Shown one piece after another: positions 1 through 12,600 of a DNA stretch of 64,000 nt (position 1 is the first letter of the stretch; each line of letters starts with the position of its first letter). Source of the DNA: Okamejei kenojei. Taxonomy: Eukaryota. The notes beneath the pieces were generated by a model. That model ran no database searches, was not told where the DNA came from, and worked only from the letters and a program-made list of their open reading frames with translations. A program made the position numbers and the translations under genes. The stretch spans positions 86,056,001 through 86,120,000 of the forward strand of contig CM069133.1 in the NCBI GenBank assembly GCA_035221665.1. Direction: 5' to 3'.

Positions 1-672
1 CTTCTTCAAACTGATGTGGGGGTTGGGGGGGGGTAGAAGAAAGGAAGAGGCAGAGACAGTGGGCTGAGGGAGAGCAGGGAAGGGGAGGAGAAAGCAGGGA
101 TTACCTGAAATTGGAGAAGTCAATGTTCATACCACTGGTGTGTGAACTGCCCAAGCGAAATATGAGGAGCTGCTCCTCCAATTTACGGTGGGCCTCATTC
201 TGGCCATGGAGGAGGCCCAGGACAGAAAGGTCGGATTTGGAATGGGAGGGGGAGTTGAAGTGCTGAGTCACCGGGAGATCAGGTTGGTCATTGTGAACCA
301 AGCTGCGGTGTTGGGCGAAGCGATCGCCAAGCCTGGTCTCACCGATGTAGAGCAGTTGACACCTAGAGCAGCGGATGCAATATGTGAGGTTGGAGGAGGT
401 GCAGGTGAACCTCTGCCTCACCTGGAAAGACTGCTTAGGTCCTTGGATGGAGTCAAGGGGGGAGCTAAAGCGACAAGTGTAGCATTTCCTGCGGTTTCAA
501 GGGAAAGTACCAGGGGAGGGGGTGGTTTGGGTGGGAAGGGATGAATTGACCAGGGAGTTACGGAGAGAGCGGTCTCTGTGGAAAGCCGAAAGGGGAGGAG
601 ATGAGAAGATGTGGCCAGTGGTGGGATTCCGTTGGTGGGTTTGTAATAGATGTCGGTCAGTAATAGATGTCT
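1..672 (-). mobile_element. Penelope-like element (Neptune-type), 3' fragment with GIY-YIG endonuclease
   Basis: ORF 101..421 reads [14 protein letters not shown]...LYIGETRLGDRF...EEQLLIFRLG and is homologous to 23900-24440. Confidence 0.9.
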
Positions 673-2276
673 CATTTGCTAAACGTGGGAGCCTAGTCTA
701 ATCGTCTTGAGGGCAAACCTGCCATCCTAAAAATCAACCCAGTGAACCACATGTTTGTCCTTGAGATAAGGTACACAACCGATGTCTTCAATATTTTTAT
801 ATAAATTGAATGAATATGAAGCAAGAAATTTGCAGGAAATATAGCAGTAGTTAAATCTGAGAATTTTGGTATGAAGTCAAATATTGAAGATGTTTATCTT
901 TTTAACAGCTTACACACTGACGGAGGTTTGTGTTAGCCCTGCAAGCCCGCCTGTTTCAATTGGGTTACTTAGTACAACTTCTTAAATGCCCTTCAGATTT
1001 CCTGCTTCAGTTTGTTCCTGCACCTTGGTTATAATTTTGTTTTGTTGCAAAAGTTTTTTACTTGTGGATTGTGTTGCTTTGAACTTTCAGCCATTTCTGT
1101 TCCATCAATATTTGGTGTAGTGTTGACTTTGGGGTGCAGTTTTATTGACAACCTGCCAAGCCTTCTCAGCGGGAGCCTTTAATGTGCATTGTGAGCATTG
1201 GTTGATAATTCAACAGCGAAGATGCTTCTACACATTTGATCTGTGCACTATCCTCTAACTATCCATGGAATATTGCATCACTGGCAGAATTGGGAATCTG
1301 GCCAGTTTATTCACTCCTTTCCCAGCCTAGGAGTTGAGAAATGTTGCATGCTTTTATAGATTCTGTTGAATGTTAAAACATATAGTAGGGCTGTGATTTA
1401 ATTGGTGGTGGATTTATGCATGAAAAGATTGGGTTGCTACTAATCCACAATGTCATGAGGCCGTAGTGAATTTAATTGTCGAACTTCATTAATATGCACT
1501 AATTCAATTCAATTCAATATTTATTCCATGTCATTTGAACCTCAGTGAAACTAACCTTCCTATCTGGTATCTTGTGATAAACAGGGGCAGAACAAAACAA
1601 TCTAATCGATCTTTGCGGAATTTGGTGTGGCACTTTTGCTTTGAGAAAGTAATGTGACCTTAATGGCCGTCTGATCCACTTTCTTAATTTATATTAGATG
1701 GCAAATAATTCATTGCGTTCGGGTAGAGTTAAAACTGTAGTTGGGCGATGTTATCACACCCAGATTGGCATACATAAGGATAGTGCTGTCTTCAGGGGCA
1801 CATTTGCTGCAGCCTTAGAGCATCACCTAACAATTGAAGCCAATAGCACATTACCTAGCAGATGTTACTTCCCTTCTTGACTAGAAGGTAGGTTAAAAGT
1901 TGATCCAATTTTTTTCTCCTTCAACTTGCCATTTTACATTGCTGAAGACCCTAACCAATTGTTTTAAGTATATCCAGGAATTATATACACCACTACCTGA
2001 AAGTTCATTTCATGTTTCGGCACTTTGTGTAGAAACCATTAACCCTGAAAGTAAATCTTTTTTAAACTGATTTAGATGGTATCTCCAATTGTTTGAATTT
2101 TTACTTTTCGAACAGTGTTCTTGATTCACTCTTATAATTGATTATTTCACCATTGCTTATGGAGCATATGTTGTCTGATTGCAGTACTTCCACATAAATG
2201 AAATATCATTGGTCTCCAACATGTCCATTGAGACATCTTGGCCAGCTTGCTATAATTTCTAATAATTTGTTCTGGT

Positions 2277-2770
2277 CATAGAGTGATAGAGGATTGAAAA
2301 AGGCACATCAGTCTATAAAATCAAGACAGACATTAAGCACTAATTTTTACACACATTCTATTTTTGTCCATTTTATTCTCCCAATTACCATCAACTTAGT
2401 ACAAATTCTGTTACACATCTAAACACATGGGGAAATTTACACTAACCAACTAGCCTACCACCTTGCATGTCTTTTGAGATGTGGGAAGAAATGGCAGCCC
2501 TGGAGAAAATCCACATGGTCACAGTTAACATGCAACCTCCACACTGAATTGTTTAAGAAGGAACTGCGGATGCTGGTTTAAACCGAAGATAGACACAAAT
2601 GCTGGAGTAACTCAGCAGGACAGGCACTTTTTCTGAAGAAGGGTCTCGACCTGAAATGTCACCCATTCCTTCCCTCGTGATGCTGCCTGTCCTGCTGAGT
2701 TACTCCAGCTTTTTGTGTCTATCTCCACACTGGATTGCTGGAACCATGAGGCAGCAGCTCAATTAATTTC
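2277..2770 (-). mobile_element. Degraded HE1/V-SINE-like SINE interrupted by a PLE-derived insertion
   Basis: Reverse-complement similarity to the SINE at 15090-15388 (gatgtgggaagaaa...ggagaaaatccacatggtcacag...gaggcagcagctc). Confidence 0.6.
2547..2722 (+). mobile_element. 176-bp PLE-derived mini-element (inverted repeat enclosing a hammerhead motif)
   Basis: Direct repeat ctccacactg at 2537-2546 and 2723-2732; about 40-bp inverted arms; CTGAAGAAGGGTCTCGACCTGAAATGTC at 2633-2660. Confidence 0.8.
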
Positions 2771-4679
2771 ACCGCAGTGTTGCACATTGCCTATGATTCC
2801 ATGGTTTGCAAATAATAGATTTCTTAATTTATCATCAGCAAACTTAAGGAAATAGATTAACGTTCTATTGTTTATGGATTTGGATTCATACCACAGGATT
2901 GGTGAAGCAGAAATTACAGAGTCATGTAACACAAAGTGTAAAGCCATGCTTCAATAGCAGAGAAAGGTAATTCTGAGCCAAAGGATTCTAATTTTGGGAG
3001 GGAGAAACTCAAGTTAGGGACAGCACAAACTCAAGTAAAGTACACTTATGCCTCATTTGCAGAGCAGCCCCTGTTGTACCAGTGTGGTAACCTGCTTTCG
3101 TATCCTGTAAGCCAACTTCCATTATTTGCCGTTTCCGATAATGCCAAGTTGAAACATCAACCATTTCTCCCTTCATAGATGCTGGATAGCCTGGGTATCT
3201 CTAGTGTTTTGTTTTAAGTGTACTGAAGGCTACATGCTGCTAATGTTGATGGCCCAAAATGGCACACATCTTTTTTAAGTAAAGAAGAACATTTCACATA
3301 GTTTTTGTTTCTCAAGTTATCCAATCAATTTAAAAAAAGTCACATCACATTCATTCCATTACAGAGGATAAAAATGTGTCCAGGGAATGAGGCGTTTCTG
3401 TTGTTGATGTCATTGGGAAGCTGCCCTGATTTTACCAAGTCATAGTGAGTCATGACAAATTTGGGGAGACCAGAAAATCCAGATGCTGGAATCTGAAGCT
3501 AAAAATAAACTGCTGGAGGAACTCAGCAGATCGAGCAGCATGTTTGTGGGGTCAGGTAGAAGCTGGGAAATTGATGTTTTAGGTTGAGACTCTGCATCAG
3601 TGGAGTGGGAGGGGTGAGGCAGGCATGTTGGTGATGGGTGGAAGCAGACAAGCAATATCAAGGCAAATGGAGCCAACTGAGGTGAGGGAAGGAGGAAGGT
3701 AGAGACAGCAGCTCGAGGGCAATAAGCAGGGATACAAAACGCTATGTTTTGGAATCTCCCTCATCTGCCTATTTCTGCTCATCCTCGAACCACCTCTCTC
3801 TGCTATTCATTCTGTCCAGTTGCATATGTGACAAATAAAGTACAATTGAACCATTGAGGATCTCAACATGGGATGTCAACAGTTCCTCCCCCTTCCCCTT
3901 CACTATAAACAAATAACGTTCAACCCACTGAGCTCAATCAGTGGGTTTTTTTTGGTCATTAAATTTATTTTCACTCAAAATAAACCTTGTATTAACTCAT
4001 TAGAATTAGTTGAAAAGCACTTACCTTACTATGAAGACTTCCAAACTTGTTATCTTTTCTTTTTGTATCCTGTGTCAGTCTGATATAGAAAGCATGTATG
4101 TGGGCAGATAAATTCATTGTATTGGGAATGCATGTTTTACTTTATCAACTCGTCCAAGTGATGGCATGCAAATGAAAATAAACAATGCGTTTAAAGAAGA
4201 AAATCTGCAATCTGAAAATGTTCCCCACTGATGGTTATACCTAGTCTTGACGTTAATGGAAGGGTAAGATTCCAGGAAAAAACACTTCTTGGATTCCCCA
4301 GAGGATCGCATTGGAGAACGACAGGGTGATCCATGAGGCCAAAAAGTGATCTTCAAGAGCTGTAGTTTGAAGTGACTGCTCATATTTTCCAGAGAACTTT
4401 CTATTCCGGCACAAATCAAATCTCAAGAGTGTTTTGTTTTTCATTAGTCTGCAAAGAATGCATCATGGGAGTAATTATTCTACGGAGCTTCAAACTTCAC
4501 AGGCATCCAGTTAAATATTTTCCGTAAGTCTTGGAACCATTTGCAGAGGGAACATTGGCCAGGAAACAGAAAGGGACTCCCTATAAAAGTGTTGAGGTCT
4601 TTGATGAGTGGACAGGCAGGACCCGAGTTCAAATTAATTCTCAATTCAATGAATTCTCATCATATAGAAATTTAGTGCT

Positions 4680-5270
4680 TGACTGAAAACTCCACCAATC
4701 TTCTACAGATGCTCTGTGGAAGGTATTCTGACTGGTTGTATCGTGGCCTAGTACTGCAATTCCAACACAATGCAACAAACTACAGAAAAGAGCAGGCACA
4801 GCCTGTTCCTATCATGGGCATAATCCTTCCCACTCAAAAATATCCACATGAAGTACCACCTCAAAAGTGGCATCTATCATCAACGATCCTCACCATCTAG
4901 GCCATACCCTATTCTCACTAGTATCATTGGAAAAGAGATGCAGAAGCCTGAGGTCCCACAGTACCAAGTTCAGGAAAAGCTAACTTCCTACACCCATTAG
5001 GTTCTTCAATCAACCTGCACCCACCAAAGCCGACCTTGACAATTCAATTCCATTCCCACCAACTCTTGCACTACCGTGATCTTGTTTTATTATTGTGTTT
5101 GTTGTACTAATATTTTTTTCTGATCTTATACTTTTCAAAGACTTGTATAATTTATGCACAATTTATGTTGTTGTGTTTGTTGGAGTCGAAGTACCTGTGA
5201 TGCCACTGTAAGCAAGATGTTTTATTGTATCTGTACCTCAATGAACTTGTGCTTATGACAATAAACTTGA
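4680..5270 (+). mobile_element. Degraded Rex1/Babar-like LINE 3' fragment
   Basis: Similar to the 3' coding end of the Rex1-like copy at 26802-27489; ends in gacaataaacttga. Confidence 0.55.
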
Positions 5271-6561
5271 TGTGGGTGAAGGAGGAAAGATGTTAGTATA
5301 AAAAGTTATGAATGTTTTTTTTAAACCTTGTTTAAGTATTTATTCACAACTATATTTGTGTTTATCTATTTCATTAAATTCTGGAACTGATTTTCTGCTG
5401 AAGAGTTTCAGTCTCCTGAAATGATTTAAATCGCTGCTACTTCACATCTTCAATGCATTCTAAATGCTTCACAGCAAATACAATTTAGCGCATTTCTCTT
5501 CTGCATCGTGGTCAGAGGAAATCTTCAGTATAAATGCTCTATAAATACAAAATGTACAAGCTATTCAGTCGAGTAATACCATGAATAAAAATTGAGTAAC
5601 ATTTATTTATGTTGAATATTATCACATGGGCACCCGAGCCAAAAATGTGCGGGTTAAAATGTAAATATAAGAACAGCATGGTAGTGATTATATAATGTAG
5701 AAACAAAGAACTGCAGATGCTGGTTAATACACAAAAGGCCATAAAATACTGGAGTAACTCAGCAGGTCAGGCAGCATGGATAGGTGATGTTTCTGGTTGA
5801 GACCCTTCTTCAGACTGATTAAATACAATGGTCAGGAAAAAAGGAATGAAACCAGAGGCAGCCACATTTTGTTGCTTGCATCATTGCATCAAAAGATGGT
5901 TGTTTGCTTGGAGAGCATTTACATGGCCACAGGCAAACAGGCAACAAATCTTCAACACATATTTCTATAAAAGGGGTAATGTCATCTTAAGTCCTGTGGA
6001 TGTGCAGATGGACAACTGAGATCCATTAGCAGCCTTTATAAAGGAACACACAATTCTATGGCTTCATTGACCAAAAGATAACATCACCCAAATCCACCAG
6101 AAACAGATTAAATGCTTGCTGGCTTGTTGGATTCTTGCTGTGAGTAATGCGGCTACGGTGTTGGTTGCTTGACACCAAATGTGTGGGAAATTTTTACATT
6201 GAATCAAAATGCAATAACAGGCATTGTTTGGCTGAGTGATCTTTGGGGTTTAATCAAAAGGCATGTTCATTCTTGTTCTATCTTTCAATTTATTTTCCTG
6301 TCTAATTCAGCCTTATATGTTGGTCTGTCCTCTGCTTCAAACACTATCTGGTAGTGCATTCCACATTATTTGCATGTAAATGGCTTTGGGCTTATTTCTC
6401 AAGTTGCATATTGATAATTTGTCTTTTAAAAGTATTTTCACTGAATAATCTTAGTATTTATCTGGTATTTGAAGACGTGATCTCTTCGGCTTATACAGGT
6501 TGTTTTACTAGATTTCCTAATGTGCATGTTTTCACCAGAGGGTTTCTCTTGCTGTATTTAG

Positions 6562-6646
6562 GAGAAGAGGCACAGTTATTGAGACTGTCACTGATGCAGT
6601 TGTTTAACAACAAAGCACTTGAAACTCATAAAGATTGTATTAACAG
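6562..6646 (+). CDS. P450 exon (C-helix region: GEEAQLLR...KDCIN)
   Basis: Acceptor tttctcttgctgtatttag, donor AG|gtaagt, phase 2 matches the next exon. An alternative acceptor at 6539 (ttttcaccag) cannot be excluded. Confidence 0.8.
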
Positions 6647-9600
6647 GTAAGTAACTTTGGAGGTTAATTATTCTAGGCTAATTGTGAATGTTTGAGTTAC
6701 TATCATAAACTTAGTAACAATTTCAATAACTTTTCCCAAGTTTGAAGTGTGATCCAGCATTAATGCTATTTATAATTGTCACGTGAACCAAGATATAGTG
6801 AAAGCCTTGTTTGCATGCTATCCGTCCATCATAAGTTTTGCTGATGATTACACAATGTTAGATTCCACTCAGCAAATGAAATAGTCAATTTCTGAATTAA
6901 GCAAGCCATAGACAATATACAGGGATGGACTGAAAAGTGGCAACTAACATTCACACCGCATTGCTACCAGGCAGTCTCAACCTCCAACAATAGAAAATCT
7001 ACACAGGTGACACGAGAGGCTGTAGATAGGGGTTCCCAACCTTTTTCATCCCATTTACCCCTGGCAACTTTAATAGCACATAACAATGTTATTTCACTTA
7101 TTTATGAACAACTAATGATGATACCGGTATACCAGAACCAAACACAGTCAGTCAATGAGAGAAAATATGCACAAATTCAGATTCAACAAATTTACACCCT
7201 GGGCAGGCGAAATTTACCCCCTGGGGTAAGTTTACCCCAGGCTGGAAACCCTTGCTGTAGACGCTGGAATCTTGAGCCAATGATTGAAGTTTGTATGTTC
7301 TCCCTGTGACCATGTGGGTTTCCTCCTCCCAATGAGTTGCAGGTTTGTAGGTTAATTGGCCTCTGTAAATTGTCCCTAGAGTGTAGGCAGTTGACTAAAA
7401 CTAAACAAACAAAGTGCTGGAGGAAAAATAGGGCACTAAATTCTAGGGAAACGCGGCAGATCAGGCGGCATTTCTGGAGAACAGGCGATATTTTGAGTCG
7501 GGACTTTTCTGAGTGAGTATAGTAGGGGGGAGAAAGCTGGAAGAGAGGTGCAAGCGAGAACAAAGGCAGACAAGTGATAGGCGGATACAGGTAAGTGCGG
7601 GTTTTAACCAATGGATTTTCTCAAATATTTAATTGCCACCTGTGCACAGTCACTTAAGTGTGTCCTTTCTACATAGTGAAGCTGTTAGTTACAGTACTTA
7701 CCCAGGCTACTCTAAAAACAACTGCGAAGCTGCTACCTGCTAAATTCGGGAACACCTTGCCCAACAGCACTGGAAGAACTGCAACAGCTCAGCACCATCT
7801 CCTTCAGGAACTGCCAATAATTGCAGGCAGTTCCCAGATCCTGAAAGTCACAAAACAAAAACAGTTCTACTTCTCTTACATATTGTACACTCAAAATTCC
7901 ACATTGCAAGTTAACTGGAATTAGCTCTAAACTTAACCAGGATCTAAATATAACAAACCTTGGCCTTTAAGGCTATGTTGGCTAACAATTAAAATAGATG
8001 GTGTCTCCCTGAGCTGGGTACTCACTGCTGAGCTGTGTTCTTCTTTACCAGTAACAGCACTACATTTGGCTTTGCCATCATACATCACAGAAGTGAGGTG
8101 TGCCTGCAGGTTAAGCTTGGCACCTGTCTCTGGATCCTAACTTTGAAATGGAATGCCATGGTCAACATCCTCATATCCCCATTCCCATTTTTCTGAGGAA
8201 TCTGGAGTGTGGAGCAAAGGTGGAAATTTGTCTATATAGGCGCTTTTTCAATCTAATTTTCTAATTAGTTTAATTAATTAATGTGCAACTTTTGGCACTG
8301 ATGAGTTATGACTTTCTTCTCAATTATATTTTATCTAAATCTGCAAAATTTAATGTAGTTCCGAGACATGGGTCACAAATGTTGATTTCGAGACACATTT
8401 TTGATGCTCTGCCCACAGCCTAATAGTCACAAAATGCTGCGTAACTCAATGGGTCAGACAGCATAATGGGTCAGACAGATATAATAAAAATAATAATTAA
8501 TATAATTGTGAGTGTGTTTTTTGAATGAGACTGCCGCATAGGTCCAGCTCCTGAACCAGCCTAATTAATGGGTGAGGGCAGTTCCTCTGGGTTCCCCCGT
8601 TTACTGAACCCCACTAACTGCCAGTGTGCAGAGTGGGGATCACGGCCATATTGGGACTGGGGCAGTGCCAGGCTGGGGGAAGGCTAAGGTATCTTCCACT
8701 GACAGGAAAGTGCCTAACCCTAACTCGCCCCCCCCTTCTAGAGCTGCCCATGGCTGGAGCTGGAGCCGCTTTGGGACCAGCTGCGGGCTCCATACGTGTG
8801 GCCCCGCAGCGCGTCCTCAGCCAGCATGCACCTTCTTGATCATCGTGGTGGTGATGGTGGGGAGCAGCACTGCCCTGCACACATCTCGGTCCGCCTTCAG
8901 CACCACCATAGCTCCGGCTCCATCAGACCACCCGCACGTTCGCTGCAACACCGGCCTACCGACAGCCCGACCGACCCCTCGCAGCATCCACCGGTGGCCC
9001 GGCCACTCTCACCATCCACCGGCAGCCTGGCCACTCTCACGACCCACCGGCGGCACGGCCGCTCACACCACCCACTGGCGGCCCGACGGCTCCTCCACAG
9101 CATCCATCGGCCTACCGACAAGCCCGACCGACTGACTGACTGACCGACCGACCGAACCTGACCATGACCCTAAACCTAACCCTAGCTCATATATATCATT
9201 TTTATTTAACAGTTCACATCATAATTTATAAAGATAAATCAAATGAAAAACAAAATTATCAACAAGGTTTGCATTACCTTTATTCCTTGGAAACCTTGCT
9301 ATTGTTTTGATGTAATAAGCAAAGATCCTATAGCAAGCAAGATAGACCACTCCTTCTAAATGCAATGGGCTGACGTGTAGTACGCAACGGAGCGGAACGT
9401 GGGCCTTTTTTTCTTCCATTTCAGTAACCCGACCCAACCTGACCTGACTTGCAGTGTAATCAGCGTTGCGGGGGAACAGTTTGTGTTAATAAATTATAAT
9501 TCTGAAAATTAGAAGATTTTCCCCAAAAACGAGGATGTTTCCGTAACCGGCTTCTGTCTCCGCACTAGTATCGTATGAGATCTTTGGTGCGGAGACGGAA

Positions 9601-12600
9601 GCCGGTTACGGAAATGGGGCTGAAAATTACCCATGAATCTGCCCATGACCGTACTATGTCTTTTTCGTCGAGTGATCTATCTTGCTTGCTATAGGATCTT
9701 TGGTAATAATGAGGCAGCCATGATCCCAGGGTCCTAGCTGCCTAGCGACCATAAAACAAAGCGCGGGATTGGTCAATTTGCATCCGACCTCAATGTCAAA
9801 CGTACATTGATTGGACAATTACTACTCGGAAAATTGGAAGATTTTGTCATTTAAAAAAAATTTGCAGGTTTTGTTCTTGACGAGTTTCAGGTATGATTTA
9901 TATAATATTTTTACACAATATGTTAAAAATTCAGGTAGTTCCGTGTGTTGGGTCACAAACTTCAACGAAGAAACTCCTCGGCCCACAGCCTATATTTCTG
10001 AGAATTTGTTTGAAGACTGACTAGTGAGATGCCACCAGGATTATTATCTGTTCGCAGTGATTTAACTGAGGGGTCCAAGTGTAATTTATCTAGGCTTCAA
10101 ACTGATCCCAACATTAGCCTACAGTGTGAGCTGCAAGAAGAATGCTTGGAGGTTTTGAGAGTGCAGTAACAGGTTAAGCAATAGGTGAGGAAATAGCAGG
10201 TGGAATATAATATGCAAACGTGCGAGGTAGAAACATAGAAAAATAGGTGCACGAGTAGGCCTCTATGATCATGGCTGATCATCAAAATTCAGTACTCCGT
10301 TCCTGCTTTTCCCCCATATCCCTTGATTCTTTTAGCCATAAGAGCTAAATCTATTTTTTTCTTGAAAATATCCAGTGAATTGGCCTCCTGCCTTCTGTGG
10401 AGAGAATTCCACAGATTCTCAACTCTCTGCATGAAAAAGTTGTTCCTCATCTCAGTCCAAAATGGCGCACCCCTTATTCTTAAATTGTGACCCCTGATTC
10501 TGGACTTGCCCAACATCCAGAACATTTTTCTTGCATCCAGCCTGTCCAGTCCTTTAAGAATGTTATATGTTTCTATAAGATCCCTCTCATCCTTCTAAAT
10601 GTCAGTGAATACAAGCCCAGTCGATCCATTCTTTCATCATATGTCAGTCCCGCCATCCCGGGAATTAACCTGGTGAACCTACGCTGCACTCCCTCAATAG
10701 CAAACATGTCCTTCCTCAAATTAGACCAAAATTGCACACAATACTCCAGGTATGGTCTCACTAGGGCCCTGTACAACTGCAGTAGAACCTCCTTGCTCCT
10801 AAGCTCAAATCCTCTTGCAATGAAGGCCAACATGCCATTAGCTTTCTTAACTGCCTGCTGTACCTGACTGATCTACAAGCATTGTAGATCTTGTTGCACC
10901 TCCCCTTTTCCTAATCTAACACCAGTCAGGTAATAATCTGCCTTCCTGTTCTTACGACTAAACATTTATCCACATTATACTACATCTGCTATGCATCTGC
11001 CCACTCGCCCAACATATCCAAGTCATCCTGCAGCCTCAATACCTACCCCCAATATCATATGCTCTAATTTTGGACACAAATCTCTTGTGTTGGACCTTGC
11101 AAAGACTTTTTGAAAGTTCAGATACACCACATCCATTGGCTCTCCCTTGTCCATTCTACTTGTTACATCCTCAAAAAATTCCAGAAGATTAGTCAAGCAT
11201 AATTTGCCCTTCATAAATCCATGCTGACTTTGACTGGCCCTGTCACTGCTTTCCAAATACACTGCTATAACATCTTTAACAATCGACTCAGGCATCATCC
11301 CCACTACTGATGTAAGGCTAACTGGTCTATAATTCTCCCTCCTTTCTTAAAAAGTGGGGTTATTTTGGCTACCCTCCAGTCCACAGGAGCTGATCCAGAG
11401 TCGAAAGGAAAATTGGAAAATGATCACCAATGCACCCACGATTTCTAGGGCCACCTCCTTGAGTACTTTGAGATGCAGACTATCAGGCCCTGGGGATATA
11501 TCTGCCTTCAGTCCCAACAGCTTACCTAACATCATTTCCTGACTAATGTAGATTCCCTTCAGTTCCTCCCTCCCAGTAGATCCTCGGTCCCCTAGTATTT
11601 TTGTGAGATTGTTTTTGTCTTCCTTAGTGAAGACAGAACCAAAGTTCACATTTAACTGTTTTGCCATTACTTCGTCATTGTTTCCCATTATAAACTCACC
11701 TGTCTCTGATTGTAAGGGACCTACACTTGTCTTCACTAATCTTTTATTTTTTATATATCTATATTTTATATTCCCTGCAAGCTTTCTTTCATGCTTTTCC
11801 CTCATCCTCCCTCCCCCCTCTTAATTTAACCCCTTTGTCCTCCTCTGTTGAGTTCTAAATTTCTCCCAGTCCTCCGGTTTGCTGCTTCCTCTGGCCAATT
11901 TATATGCCTTTTCCTTGGATTTCCCTCATTAGCCACAGTTGAGCCGCCTTCCCCGTTTTAATTTTTCACCAGGCAGGGACGAACAATTCTTTGGAGTTCA
12001 TCCATGCGGCGTTTAAATCTTTGCCATTGCATCTCCACCGTCAACCCTTTAAGTATAATTTGCCAGTCTATCCTAGCCAATTCCCATCTCATACCTTCAA
12101 AATCTCCTTTCTTTAAGTTCAGGACCCTAGTCTCTGAATTATCCGTGTCACTTTCCATCCTAATGCAGAATTCTACCATATTTTGGTCACTGTTGCCCAA
12201 GGGGCTTTGCACAACATGATTGTTAATGAATCCTTCCTCATTACACAATACCCAGTCTAGGATGTCCTCTAGTCGGGTCTTCTACTTATTGGTTAAAAAA
12301 CCATCCCGTATGCACTTTGGCAGAAATAAAATGTTTTTTAATAAGATGTGAAAGCTATTGGTGCTTAGTTTCCTATGCACAGGAATCATTGAAAGTTTGT
12401 TAATGTGCAGATTTATGGGAAGAAGACCTCTCACGAAGCAACTGTATCTCACTGGGTTAAGCGCGAATACAAAAACTTGCTAGTTTTAACAATCTTTGTC
12501 TTTTCACTGTTGTATTTCTAAGTAGTTTGAATAATCTTATTCAGCTTCCCTATAGCTGAACCCTTCTGAAATGCACCTTGACATTTCTGGCAGGAAGGGA

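Noticed and set aside
909-925. Possible micro-exon (tttttaacag|CTTACACACTGACGGAG|gtttgt) upstream of the first P450 exon
   Set aside because: Weak donor and no recognisable P450 similarity; cannot be supported without transcripts.
8614-9143. Overlapping GC-rich ORFs
   Set aside because: Open in several frames because of GC content; no domain motif or splice context.
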